Source: Patescibacteria group bacterium (GTDB lineage: Bacteria; Acidobacteriota; Polarisedimenticolia; Gp22-AA2). From it: DNA of 64,000 nt. Position 1 is the stretch's first letter. Each line of letters opens with the position of its first letter. The stretch is from contig DASRAN010000074.1 of the NCBI GenBank assembly GCA_035638115.1, positions 26,062-90,061 of the forward strand. The letters run 5' to 3'. The position numbers and the translations under genes were made by a program. Positions 48,929-58,485 of this stretch are shown here, in pieces. The notes below the pieces were generated by a model. That model worked only from the letters and a program-made list of their open reading frames with translations. It was not told where the DNA came from and did not search any database.

Positions 48929-50078
48929 ACCGGGCCTGTTCGTCCCTGCATTCCCCACCCTCGCTCCGGAAATGCTCCTCCGCCGCCGCGCGGTCAGCCG
49001 GCATCATCCCTTCTCCTCGCCCAGCGTGCGTTACTTCTACTTCGCCCGCAACGCGATCTGGAAGACAGTGAAGATGCTCGGGCTCGATCGTGGCGAAGTC
49101 CTCGTCCCTTCGTATCACCACGGCGTCGAGATCGAGTCCATTCTCGACGCCGGCGCTCAGGTGAAGTTCTATCGCATCGGCGGCCGCTTCGAGGTCGACC
49201 TCGACGACGTCGAGCGCCGAATCACCTCCAGGACAACGGCCCTCTACCTGACGCACTTCGCCGGCTTCCCCGGACCGGCTCGCGAGATGAAGCGGTTGGC
49301 CGAAAAGCACGCGCTGCCCCTGATCGAGGACTGCGCTCTGTCGCTGTTCTCTCGCGACGGAGACCAGCCGCTGGGCGTCACGGGCGACGTCGCCATCTTC
49401 TGCCTCTACAAGGTCCTGCCCGTTCCCAACGGCGGCGCGCTGGTCATCAATGGGCCCGGACGATGCGGCCTTCCCGAGCTGCCGCCACCACCGCTGTCCT
49501 CGACCTTCAGCCTCCTGTCCTCGTCGCTGCTCCGGAACGTCGCGTTGCGCGGCGGCAGGCCCGGGCGTCGCCTGCGCAAGGTGGCGCTCGGCCTGGGGAA
49601 GTCCTCGCTCAGGGCCGCCCGCATCACGCCGGTCCTGACCGGCACGGAGCACTTCAATCGGGATCACCTGGAGCTGGGAATCAGCAGACTGACCCGGCGG
49701 ATTGCGCTGGGACAGGATGCCGAGCAGATCAGCGCCAGGCGCCGACGCAACTATCTCTTCCTGCTCGAGCACCTTCGTGACCTGTCGGAACCGATCTTCC
49801 CGACCCTTCCGAAGGGCGTGGTGCCGCTGTTCTACCCGATGCTGGTCAAGGACAATCGAGCGACCGTCGCGCAGCTCCTCGCCCGCGGCATCGAAGCGGT
49901 CGACTTCTGGCGCGTCTTTCATCCCGCCTGCCCCCCCGACGAATTCCCGGAGGTCGGAAGACTCCGCACGAGCATGATGGAGGTCCCCTGTCACCAGGAT
50001 CTGAGCCTCGCCACCATGGCGAAGATTGCCGCCTGTGTTCGTGATGTCCTCGCCCCGGGTCGCGCCGCCGTGGCGTGA
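48912..50078 (+). CDS. DegT/DnrJ/EryC1/StrS-like PLP-dependent aminotransferase
   Basis: ARNAI, EVLVPSY, HFAGF, LIEDCA, FCLYK and PCHQ. GTG 48912 overlaps the upstream GNAT. Confidence 0.85.
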   Translation: MQATTEPGLFVPAFPTLAPEMLLRRRAVSRHHPFSSPSVRYFYFARNAIWKTVKMLGLDRGEVLVPSYHHGVEIESILDAGAQVKFYRIGGRFEVDLDDVERRITSRTTALYLTHFAGFPGPAREMKRLAEKHALPLIEDCALSLFSRDGDQPLGVTGDVAIFCLYKVLPVPNGGALVINGPGRCGLPELPPPPLSSTFSLLSSSLLRNVALRGGRPGRRLRKVALGLGKSSLRAARITPVLTGTEHFNRDHLELGISRLTRRIALGQDAEQISARRRRNYLFLLEHLRDLSEPIFPTLPKGVVPLFYPMLVKDNRATVAQLLARGIEAVDFWRVFHPACPPDEFPEVGRLRTSMMEVPCHQDLSLATMAKIAACVRDVLAPGRAAVA

Positions 50079-50169
50079 TTGGACCCCGGATTCAGACAAT
50101 TCCCGACTGTCGCGCCTCTCGCTCGCGTGCTTCAATGACGCCTGATAACTCACAACGGAGGTCGCACTC

Positions 50170-50760
50170 ATGCTCACACTGACACAACACCGCTCGGGAA
50201 GAGGCCTGGCGCTTCTCGGAGCGTTGCTGATCGCTGCTGTTCCCGCGCTGGCCCAGCAGAACGACACCCAGCATCATGGGAAGCCGCCGCACAACGGGCA
50301 CGATCTGGACAATGGGTACGCGCCCTCTCATGGCCCATCGCACGCCCCCCGCAGCCAGAACGGCGGTGCGACGTCTCAGTACGATCGGAACCGCGACTAT
50401 CGTGATGGGACGGGGCATCCGAACGCTCCCCACGTGCACGGCGACAATCGCTGGGTCGGGCACGATTCCGGCCGCGACGATCCCCGCTTCCACCTCGACC
50501 ATCCCTGGGAGTATGGCCACTACACAGGGGTGATCGGGCGCAGCCATTACTATCAGATCGAGGGAGGGCGATCGGATCGCTTCTGGTTCGGAGGGTACAA
50601 TTTCCGGGTCGCCCCGGTCGATTATGGCTACATCCATGATTGGCGCTGGGACCGCGACCAGGTCGCCATCTACAACGATCCCGACCACATCGGGTGGTAC
50701 CTCGGCTACAACGTGAGACTTGGGACCTACGTCCACATCACGTTCCTCGGCCGGGGCTGA
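50170..50760 (+). CDS. Secreted His/Arg/Trp-rich hypothetical protein
   Basis: GGAGG RBS; signal peptide ending ALA; PHVH.D.RWVGHD...DPDHIGWYL.YN.RLGTYVH. Confidence 0.8.
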   Translation: MLTLTQHRSGRGLALLGALLIAAVPALAQQNDTQHHGKPPHNGHDLDNGYAPSHGPSHAPRSQNGGATSQYDRNRDYRDGTGHPNAPHVHGDNRWVGHDSGRDDPRFHLDHPWEYGHYTGVIGRSHYYQIEGGRSDRFWFGGYNFRVAPVDYGYIHDWRWDRDQVAIYNDPDHIGWYLGYNVRLGTYVHITFLGRG

Positions 50761-51004
50761 GGACGGACTGCCGGACGCCGGGGCTCGATCCATCTCGCCT
50801 CGGATCCGCTGTCAGGGCCTTCCCGACGGAAGAACCCGGAAAAGACACGATTGTGCCCGGGGTATGACTCTGCTAAACCTGTCCCAAGCGATCACTCCTT
50901 CAGTCGGGGTCGATTGATTCGGACCGGCCGTCGGTCTTCACGCGGAAGATCGCGCGCCCGGCCGCAGGAGGACCATCGCGACGAGGATTGAGGCCTTGGG
51001 GACC

Positions 51005-52318
51005 ATGGAGCCCATGCATCCGGCGAGACGCGTCGGGACGCTCTGCGTCGGAGCGCTCGTTCTCGTGCTCGCCGGCGCGTGGCCCCGGGCCGCCGATGCG
51101 TTCTCGGTCCTGGCCCACGAAGCCATCATCGACACCGCCTGGGACAAGCACATCCTGCCGCTGATCCGCCTCCGCTTTCCCGACGCGACACCCGAGGAGC
51201 TGAGCGACGCCCACGGCTATGCCTACGGCGGAGCCATCATCCAGGACATCGGTTATTACCCGCACGGGAGCCGCCTGTTCAGCGATCTGGCGCACTACGT
51301 CCGCAGTGGCGACTTCATCCTCGCCCTGCTGCACGACGCCAAGGACGTGAACGACTACGCCTTCGCCCTGGGTGCCCTGTCCCACTACGCGGCGGACATC
51401 GACGGCCACAGCGTGGGCACGAATCGCGCCGTTCCGATCCTCTATCCGAACGTTCAAAAGACGTACGGCGACATCGTGACCTATGAACAGAGCCCCTCCG
51501 CGCACCTGAAGACGGAGTTCGGCTTCGACGTCATGGAGATCGCGCAGCAGCACTACGCGCCCGACAGCTACCATGCCTTCATCGGTTTCGGGGTCGCGAT
51601 CCCTCTCCTCGAGCAGGCGTTCCAGGAGACCTACGGCCTGGACCTCAAGCTGGTCCTGACCGACGAGGCCAAGGTCTTCGGCTCCTACCGGCACGCGGTC
51701 GCCACATTGATCCCCAAGGCCACGCGCATCGCGTGGACTTTGAAGAAGGACGACATCCTGAAGAGCACCCCCAGCGCGACGCGGAGGACCTACATGTACA
51801 ACCTGTCGCGCGCCAGCTACGAGAAAGACTGGGGACAGGACTACCTGAAGCCGACGTTCGGGGAGAAGTGCGCGGCGTTCTTCATGCACCTCGTCCCGAA
51901 GATTGGCCCGCTGAAGGTCCTCAAGCTCAGCCCGCCGACGCCGGAGACGGAGCAGATGTTCGAGGCCAGCTTCAACGCCGCGCTGGATCGCTACAAGGTC
52001 CTGCTCGGCCAGGTGAGGACCGGCGATCCGAGCGTGCCGAACAGCAATTTCGATACCGGCAAGGTCACGCCGGCCGGGATCTACTTCATGAACGACGATG
52101 CGCATGCCCAGCTTCTCGAGGCCCTCGCCAAGCAGGGCTTCGCGGGCGTCTCCATCGAGCTGCGTACGGAGCTGTTGCAGTTCTATGCGGACCCTGAGGC
52201 GCCGTACGCGACGAAACGCAAGGCCAAGGACTGGGACAGGGTCGTGTTGGCCTTGAAATTGCTGAAGGAGTCCGCGCCCGCGCCGCTCACCGCGGAGACC
52301 TTGCCCGTCTCCCGTTGA
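51005..52318 (+). CDS. Secreted zinc-dependent phospholipase C family protein
   Basis: Signal peptide ending ADA; FSVLAHE, DIGYY, DLAHY, GALSHYAAD and HLKTEFGFD. Start could be 50996, 51005 or 51014. Confidence 0.85.
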   Translation: MEPMHPARRVGTLCVGALVLVLAGAWPRAADAFSVLAHEAIIDTAWDKHILPLIRLRFPDATPEELSDAHGYAYGGAIIQDIGYYPHGSRLFSDLAHYVRSGDFILALLHDAKDVNDYAFALGALSHYAADIDGHSVGTNRAVPILYPNVQKTYGDIVTYEQSPSAHLKTEFGFDVMEIAQQHYAPDSYHAFIGFGVAIPLLEQAFQETYGLDLKLVLTDEAKVFGSYRHAVATLIPKATRIAWTLKKDDILKSTPSATRRTYMYNLSRASYEKDWGQDYLKPTFGEKCAAFFMHLVPKIGPLKVLKLSPPTPETEQMFEASFNAALDRYKVLLGQVRTGDPSVPNSNFDTGKVTPAGIYFMNDDAHAQLLEALAKQGFAGVSIELRTELLQFYADPEAPYATKRKAKDWDRVVLALKLLKESAPAPLTAETLPVSR

Positions 52319-52340
52319 CCTGCGCCCGCGAAGGAGAACG

Positions 52341-53207
52341 ATGAGCTTCTCGAAGCGCTACCGAGTGAAGCCCGGGGAGAGGGTTCGGCTGGACCGCTTC
52401 CGGACCCGCCCCAAGGGACACCGCGGGGACGAGAAGCCGCTGGCTTCGAAGCTCGAGAAGTCGAAGGAGAGACTGGCCGAGCTGCAGTACCTCCTCTACG
52501 CCGAAGGAAAGCGTTCGCTGCTGATCTGCCTGCAGGCCCTCGACGCCGCCGGGAAAGACGGGACCATCACCCACGTCCTCAACGTGATGAACTCGCAGGG
52601 GACCCACGTTCACTCGTTCAAGGCACCCTCGAAGGAAGAGCTGGCGCACGATTTCCTCTGGCGCATCGCACAGAAGACGCCGCGCAAAGGGGAGGTCGCC
52701 ATCTTCAATCGATCGCACTACGAGGACGTGCTCGTGGTGCGCGTCCACAAGCTCGTGCCCCGGCGGGTCTGGTCCAAGCGCTACGACCTGATCAACGACT
52801 TCGAGAAGGGCCTGGCCGCGAACGGAACGGAGATCGTCAAGTTTTTCCTCCATATCGACAAGGACGAGCAGCTGCGCCGTTTCAAGAGCCGGATCGACGA
52901 CCGGACACGCCGCTGGAAGATCAGCGAGTCGGACTACTCCGAGCGGGCGCTGTGGGACGATTACACGAAGGCCTACGAGGATGCGCTCTCGAAGACGAGC
53001 ACCCGGCACGCCCCCTGGTACGTCATCCCGGCCAACAACAAGACGTACCGCAATCTGGCGATCTCGCGGATCCTCGTCGACCGGCTCGAAGCGCTCGACA
53101 TGCGTTTCCCCGCACCGACCGTGGGGATCAAGGACCTTCGACGCAATTTCCATGCGGCCCAGCTCGACCACAAGCCCCCCAGGCGCCCGCGGCGGGTCGT
53201 GGCGTGA
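52341..53207 (+). CDS. ppk2: Polyphosphate kinase 2 family (probably class III)
   Basis: AAGGAG RBS; QALDAAGKDG, SFKAPS.EE..HDFLWR, FNRSHYEDVL and APWYVIPAN.K. Confidence 0.93.
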   Translation: MSFSKRYRVKPGERVRLDRFRTRPKGHRGDEKPLASKLEKSKERLAELQYLLYAEGKRSLLICLQALDAAGKDGTITHVLNVMNSQGTHVHSFKAPSKEELAHDFLWRIAQKTPRKGEVAIFNRSHYEDVLVVRVHKLVPRRVWSKRYDLINDFEKGLAANGTEIVKFFLHIDKDEQLRRFKSRIDDRTRRWKISESDYSERALWDDYTKAYEDALSKTSTRHAPWYVIPANNKTYRNLAISRILVDRLEALDMRFPAPTVGIKDLRRNFHAAQLDHKPPRRPRRVVA

Positions 53208-54436
53208 CGATCGAACCCTTCGCACTCCCGCGCGTCGTTCTCCTGTCCCTTTGCGCCCTCCTCCTGCCCTCGACCGCGCGCGGAGGCGATCGCCTCACCC
53301 TCCCTGTCCCGACCGAGAGCGAGCGGACCGAGCTGATTCGCCGATCCCGCGTGTGGGAGGCGACGGACGTCGCTTCGAAGGATCTCTACAACGGTCCCGC
53401 GGGCAAGCCGAGCTTCGCGGTGGATCAGGAGATTGCCTGCGATTTCGTCGCGAAGCCGATGGCCGGCTTCACCGAGAAATTCCTCTGCCGTCTGGACGAC
53501 GGATCGATCATGAAGGTCAAGTACGAGGAGGGGAATCAATACAAGGAGGAGTACGGCGAGGTCCTGGGGACGCGGCTCTTCTGGGCGCTCGGGTTCTACG
53601 CGGACCGGATGCTTCCGGTGCGCGTGAGCTGCCGCGGCTGTCCGAGACACCCCTGGGAATATGTCGATACGAGAAAGAACAAGGGTCCCCTGGACGAGCA
53701 AGGGCTCCTTCGCTCCCTCCCGCCCAAGGCGGACGTCGGAACCTATCTGTTTGCTCCCGCCGCGATGGAGGAGAAGATCGATGCCGAACCGATCGAAGAA
53801 AAGAAAGACCAGGGCTGGAGCTGGAAATCTCTCAAGTGGGTCGACGAGAGTCTCGGAGGGGCCACCCGGGCCGAGATCGACGCCCTGAAGCTGCTCAACG
53901 CCTTCGTCCAGAACGCCGACAACAAGGCCAAGCAGAACTCCCTCGTCTGTCCACGCGCCGACCTGGTGCGCGGCGAAGATGGGACCGTGACCTGCCGCCG
54001 TCCTATCATGTACGTCGACGACCTGGGGTCGGTCTTCGGGAAAGGCGGGTTCGTCACCGGGAATGACGGCCGGGTCGACTACGAGGGCTGGAAAAAAAGA
54101 TCCGTGTGGCGGAATCCGGAGTCCTGCAAGGCCCGCCTGGTTTCGATCGGGTGGATCCTCCGCCACTCCACCTTGAGGGATCCGGTGATCGGCGAAGAGG
54201 GGCGGGCCCTCCTGGCCAGGCAGCTGGCGCAACTCTCCGACGCGCAAATCCGGGACCTCTTCCGGGCGTCCCGGATCGAGCTCCTCCATCAGACGATGTC
54301 CGATGGCTCGTCCGGGAGGCGTGAGGTCACCCTGGAGGACTGGGTGCAGCTCTTCAAAGAGAAGCGCGACGAGATCACCAGACACCCCGGATGCCCGGAT
54401 CAGCGAGGCGAGCGGGTGGCGGTCGACAACCCTTGA
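53204..54436 (+). CDS. Secreted atypical (HipA/PI3-4K-like fold) kinase-like protein
   Basis: GTGA overlap with the ppk2 stop; signal peptide VVLLSLCALLLPSTARG; ordered motifs GFTEKF, MKVKY, EV..TRLFWALG, DNKAKQN and YVDDLG. Confidence 0.7.
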   Translation: MTIEPFALPRVVLLSLCALLLPSTARGGDRLTLPVPTESERTELIRRSRVWEATDVASKDLYNGPAGKPSFAVDQEIACDFVAKPMAGFTEKFLCRLDDGSIMKVKYEEGNQYKEEYGEVLGTRLFWALGFYADRMLPVRVSCRGCPRHPWEYVDTRKNKGPLDEQGLLRSLPPKADVGTYLFAPAAMEEKIDAEPIEEKKDQGWSWKSLKWVDESLGGATRAEIDALKLLNAFVQNADNKAKQNSLVCPRADLVRGEDGTVTCRRPIMYVDDLGSVFGKGGFVTGNDGRVDYEGWKKRSVWRNPESCKARLVSIGWILRHSTLRDPVIGEEGRALLARQLAQLSDAQIRDLFRASRIELLHQTMSDGSSGRREVTLEDWVQLFKEKRDEITRHPGCPDQRGERVAVDNP

Positions 54437-55752
54437 CGCCACGGTCATCGAAGGGTCCTCTGGACCGCGTTCTGGCGATCTTCACCGACGTACGCGCGGG
54501 CGAGGGCGTCACGGCGCTCCTGCTGATGCTGAATACGTTTCTCCTGCTTGCGGCCTATTACCTGCTCAAGACGATCCGCGAGCCGCTCGTCCTGAACGTC
54601 CGGGGCGGCGCCGAGGTGAAGAGCTACTCCTCCGCAGCCATCGCGGGGCTGCTCATCGTCCTCGTGCCGCTCTACAGCGCCGTGGCCTCGCGTGTGTCGC
54701 GCGTCCGGCTGATCAACGGCGTGACGCTGTTCTTCATCGCCTGCCTGATCGTGTTCTTCTCCTTGAGCGTGGCCGGCGTCGCGATCGGCGTGCCGTTCTT
54801 CATCTGGGTCGGGATCTTCAGCCTCATGATGGTCGCCCAGCTGTGGGCCTTCGCGGCCGACGTCTACACCGTCGACCAGGGCAAGCGGCTGTTCGCGATC
54901 GTGGGGTTCGGCGCATCGCTCGGCGCGATCGTCGGTTCGTTCGCGACCGGCCAGCTCGTCAAGCGCTTCGGTCCCTCCGCGTTCATGCTCGCGGCCGCGG
55001 CCCTGCTGGCCGTCTGCCTCCTGCTCACCAACATCATCAGCATGCGGGAGAAGAGCGCCCAGACGCCGAAGCCTCGCGACACTGCGCCGCAGCGCAGCGG
55101 ATTCGCGCTGGTGTTCACGAACCGCTACCTGCTCCTCATCGCGTTCCTCATGCTGGTGTACAACCTCGTGAACACCACCGGCGAGTACATCCTCGCCAAG
55201 ACGGTCGTGACCGCGTATGCGAGAGCGCACGGGGCCGCGGCCGTGGGCGGGCTCGACGAGGGCAAGGTGATCGGGGAGTTCTACGGAAACTACTTCACGA
55301 TCGTGAACGTCGCCTCGGCGTTCCTCCAGGCGTTTGTCGTCTCGCGCGTGCTCAAGTACTTCGGCGTCCGCGTCGCGCTCCTGGTGCTGCCGGCGGTGGC
55401 GCTCGTCGGCTACACGGGGATGGCGTTCATCCCACTGCTCCCGCTCATCCGGTCGGTGAAGCTGGCGGAGAACTCGATCGACTACTCGCTGCAGAGCACG
55501 ACCCGGAATGCGCTCTATCTGCCGACCAGCCGCGAAGAGAAGTACAAGGCGAAGCAGGCCAACGACGCCTTCTTCGTGCGCTTCGGGGACGTCCTCTCGG
55601 CGGGGCTCGTGTTCGCCGGAACCCGGTGGCTGAGCTTTGGTTCGCGGCAGTTCGCGCTCATCAACGTCGCGTTGATCGCCGGGTGGCTCATTCTCGCGAT
55701 CGTCATCGGTCGCCGGTTCGAGCGGCTCACCGAGGCCGCCGCGCCCTCCTAG
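54433..55752 (+). CDS. Npt1/Npt2 (NTT/TLC, ATP/ADP translocase-like) nucleotide transporter
   Basis: TTGA overlap with the upstream stop; multi-TM; YYLLKTIRE, QLWAFAAD, QGKRLF, ENSIDYSL and EKYKAK...D.FF.RFGD. Confidence 0.88.
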   Translation: MTPRSSKGPLDRVLAIFTDVRAGEGVTALLLMLNTFLLLAAYYLLKTIREPLVLNVRGGAEVKSYSSAAIAGLLIVLVPLYSAVASRVSRVRLINGVTLFFIACLIVFFSLSVAGVAIGVPFFIWVGIFSLMMVAQLWAFAADVYTVDQGKRLFAIVGFGASLGAIVGSFATGQLVKRFGPSAFMLAAAALLAVCLLLTNIISMREKSAQTPKPRDTAPQRSGFALVFTNRYLLLIAFLMLVYNLVNTTGEYILAKTVVTAYARAHGAAAVGGLDEGKVIGEFYGNYFTIVNVASAFLQAFVVSRVLKYFGVRVALLVLPAVALVGYTGMAFIPLLPLIRSVKLAENSIDYSLQSTTRNALYLPTSREEKYKAKQANDAFFVRFGDVLSAGLVFAGTRWLSFGSRQFALINVALIAGWLILAIVIGRRFERLTEAAAPS

Positions 55753-55758
55753 AACGCC

Positions 55759-58485
55759 GTGACGGCCGCCCTCCGTCGTCTGTTCGAGAGCCTCGCGCGC
55801 CGGCTCGGTCTCGAGCCCCGGGAAGGATGGCTCCTCGTCCTCATGGGCGCACTCGTCGCCATCCTCCTTTGCGCCTATACCATCGCGAAGGTGCTGCGGG
55901 ACACGCTGTTCCTCCAGGAATTCGGCGCCCTGGCCCTGCCCTACGCGTACATCGGCGTCGCCGTGGCGTCGGCGGGATACGTCTGGCTGGAGAGCCGAGT
56001 GGCCCGCCGCTTCGCGCCTGTCGCCGCCTCACGATTCAACCAATATTTCGCGATCGGGTTCAGCGTTCTCGCCGCCATGGCCCTGCCGCGCGCCCGTCAC
56101 TGGACCGCCGGCCTGTTCTATCTCTGGACCGGCGCCCAGGCGATGATGCTCCTGCCCCACTTCTGGGGGCTGGCCCTCGATGTCTGGAATTCACGGCGCG
56201 CGCGCCGACTCTTTCCCCTCCTCGGCGGCTGCGGGCTTTTGGGCGGTCTGGCGGGCGGCGGGTTCGCCGCCTGGTCGGCGCCGTTTCTCCACCCCGTCGG
56301 GCTGATGTGGATCCTGTCGGGGCTCCTCGTCGCCGGCCGCGCCCTGACGAGCGCGATCGACAGGCATCGCGCGCGCTTTTCCGAGCCGGCGCCCGCCCCG
56401 TCCAGCGTCTCGAGCTGGGAGATCATGAGAAAGTCCAACTACATCAAGGTCCTGACCGCGGGACTCGCCCTCTCGGTCGTCGTGGGGACGCTCGTCGACT
56501 TCCAGTTCAAGCTTCTCATCCAGCGGATGTATCCCGAGCCGCACGCGCTCACGCAGTTTCTCGGCACGTTCTACGCAGGGCTCAACGCCGTCTCGCTCCT
56601 GTTCCAGTTCGGGGCGGCGGGCTGGCTTCTGCAGCGTCTCGGCCTCGGCACCTCCACCGGTCTGCAGCCGGGCGCGGTGCTCGTCCTCGCGGCGTGGGCC
56701 TCGCTGATGACGGGAGGATGGGCCATCGTCGCGATGCGATGGATCCAGGGCGTCACCTCGCAGACCCTGGGCAAGTCGTCGACCGAGATTTACTATGCCG
56801 CCATCCGTCCGAGCGAGCGGCGGCGCATCAAGCCCGCGCTCGACACCCTCGTCGAGCGCTGGTCCGACGCCGTCGTCGGCATCCTGCTCCTGGTCGCGCT
56901 GCATCTGCTTCACGTCCGCATCGGGGTGATCGTCGTGGCGACCGCGGCGCTGTCGGCGGCGTGGCTGTTCGCCCTCTTCCTCCTGAATCGGCAGTATGGT
57001 CAAGCGTTCCACGAGGCCCTGAGCCGACGCTGGATCGATCCCGAGTCCGCTCCCGAGTCGATGCGGCTTCCGTCCGCGCGGAAGGCGCTCCTCGCGGCCC
57101 TGCGCTCCGAGGACGAACGCCAGGTCCTGCTGGCCCTCAAGCTCAGCCCGCACGCGCGCGACATGGCGACGGGCGACGCCGTCCGCGAGCGCCTGCGGCA
57201 TGCCTCACCGGTCGTGCGGGCGGCGGCCGTCGACGCGATGGACGCGCTCGAGCTGCCCGACCACGACCAGGCGATCGCGGGCCTCCTCGCCGACCTCGAC
57301 GAGGGGGTTCGTCGCGCGGCGATCCGCTACCTGCTCTCCCGCGGCCCGGCGCCCACCAGGTTCGCCGGGCGTGTGCTCGACGGTGACGATCCCGCGCTCG
57401 TGCCGCTCCTCCTGGACGCGCTCTTCGATCACCCGTACGAGGCGCGCGGCGCGCTGACGTTGAAGTGGATCGACGCCCGCCTCGAGACCAACCGGCGCGA
57501 TGATCTGCTCCTGGCGGCCCGTGCCCTCGGGGCCATGGAGACGCCGACGACCGGAGGACGCCTCGGCGCGCTGCTCGCAAGTCCGGATGCCGACGTCCGG
57601 CGCGCCGCCCTCCTCACCGCGGCCCGGCGGCCGAGCCCCGCGCTCCTCGACGTCCTGCTTCCGCTTCTGACCGTCTCCGAGCTGAGCGACGAGGCGCGCC
57701 AGGCGGTCGCCGCCATCGGCGACTCCGCGGTGCCCGGGCTTCAGCGTCTCCTGGAGGGCGCGTCCGGCGCTCGAGCCCAGACGCGCGCCGCGCGTGTCCT
57801 ATCGCAGATCGCGAGCCCGCGCGCGCTGGAGTGCCTCATGACGCTGGTCCGCAGCGGCGACCTGAGGCTTCGCTACCTCGGACTCCAGGGGCTGACGCGC
57901 GCGCGCGTCCGGACCGGTGTTCCGGTCCTGCCGCGATCCATGGTGCACCGGCTGTTCCTGCGCGAGCTGCGCGACTACCGGGCATGGCTGGCTCCGGCCG
58001 CATCGCTTGAGAAGAGCCCCGCGCCCGAGGTGCGGCTCCTGGGCGAGAGCTATCGTGAATCCGCCGACCGGGCCCTCGAACGGGCGCTTCAGGCGCTCGC
58101 CTGCTGGTACGATCCCAGGCCGTTGACGGGCGTGCTCGAGCGCCTCCGGTCCGCCGATCGCGCTGTCGCTGCGCCCGCGATGGAGTACCTTGGACACGTG
58201 CTTCCGCGGGACGTGTTCCGTCCGGTGAGCCGGATCTTCGAAGAGGAGACGATGGAAGCGCCCGAGCCCGTCCCCGAGCCGGATCGGCTGGCCGACTCGA
58301 TTCGCGTCGCGTGGGAGACCGGTGACGCGTGGCTCAAGGCCTGCGCCGTGCGCGCCTCGCGGCACGCGCCCGCGTTCGATCGCGCCCGATTCGCCGCCGG
58401 CGACGGCGGCGACCCGATGATCGGCGCGGAGCTCGAGGCGCTGTCCGGCGCCGATCGAACCATCGCGGAGCCGCGCCCGTGCTGA
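55759..58485 (+). CDS. NTT/TLC-type transporter fused to HEAT repeats
   Basis: YTIAKVLRD, FW......W..R.ARRLF, LVDFQFK and IK..LD...ER..D in the TM half; VRAAA/VRRAA HEAT-like repeats in the C-terminal half. Confidence 0.87.
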   Translation: MTAALRRLFESLARRLGLEPREGWLLVLMGALVAILLCAYTIAKVLRDTLFLQEFGALALPYAYIGVAVASAGYVWLESRVARRFAPVAASRFNQYFAIGFSVLAAMALPRARHWTAGLFYLWTGAQAMMLLPHFWGLALDVWNSRRARRLFPLLGGCGLLGGLAGGGFAAWSAPFLHPVGLMWILSGLLVAGRALTSAIDRHRARFSEPAPAPSSVSSWEIMRKSNYIKVLTAGLALSVVVGTLVDFQFKLLIQRMYPEPHALTQFLGTFYAGLNAVSLLFQFGAAGWLLQRLGLGTSTGLQPGAVLVLAAWASLMTGGWAIVAMRWIQGVTSQTLGKSSTEIYYAAIRPSERRRIKPALDTLVERWSDAVVGILLLVALHLLHVRIGVIVVATAALSAAWLFALFLLNRQYGQAFHEALSRRWIDPESAPESMRLPSARKALLAALRSEDERQVLLALKLSPHARDMATGDAVRERLRHASPVVRAAAVDAMDALELPDHDQAIAGLLADLDEGVRRAAIRYLLSRGPAPTRFAGRVLDGDDPALVPLLLDALFDHPYEARGALTLKWIDARLETNRRDDLLLAARALGAMETPTTGGRLGALLASPDADVRRAALLTAARRPSPALLDVLLPLLTVSELSDEARQAVAAIGDSAVPGLQRLLEGASGARAQTRAARVLSQIASPRALECLMTLVRSGDLRLRYLGLQGLTRARVRTGVPVLPRSMVHRLFLRELRDYRAWLAPAASLEKSPAPEVRLLGESYRESADRALERALQALACWYDPRPLTGVLERLRSADRAVAAPAMEYLGHVLPRDVFRPVSRIFEEETMEAPEPVPEPDRLADSIRVAWETGDAWLKACAVRASRHAPAFDRARFAAGDGGDPMIGAELEALSGADRTIAEPRPC

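Noticed and set aside
54303-57386. 1027-aa + strand ORF over the NTT genes
   Set aside because: Alternative-frame, low-complexity product. The transporter frames carry the family motifs.
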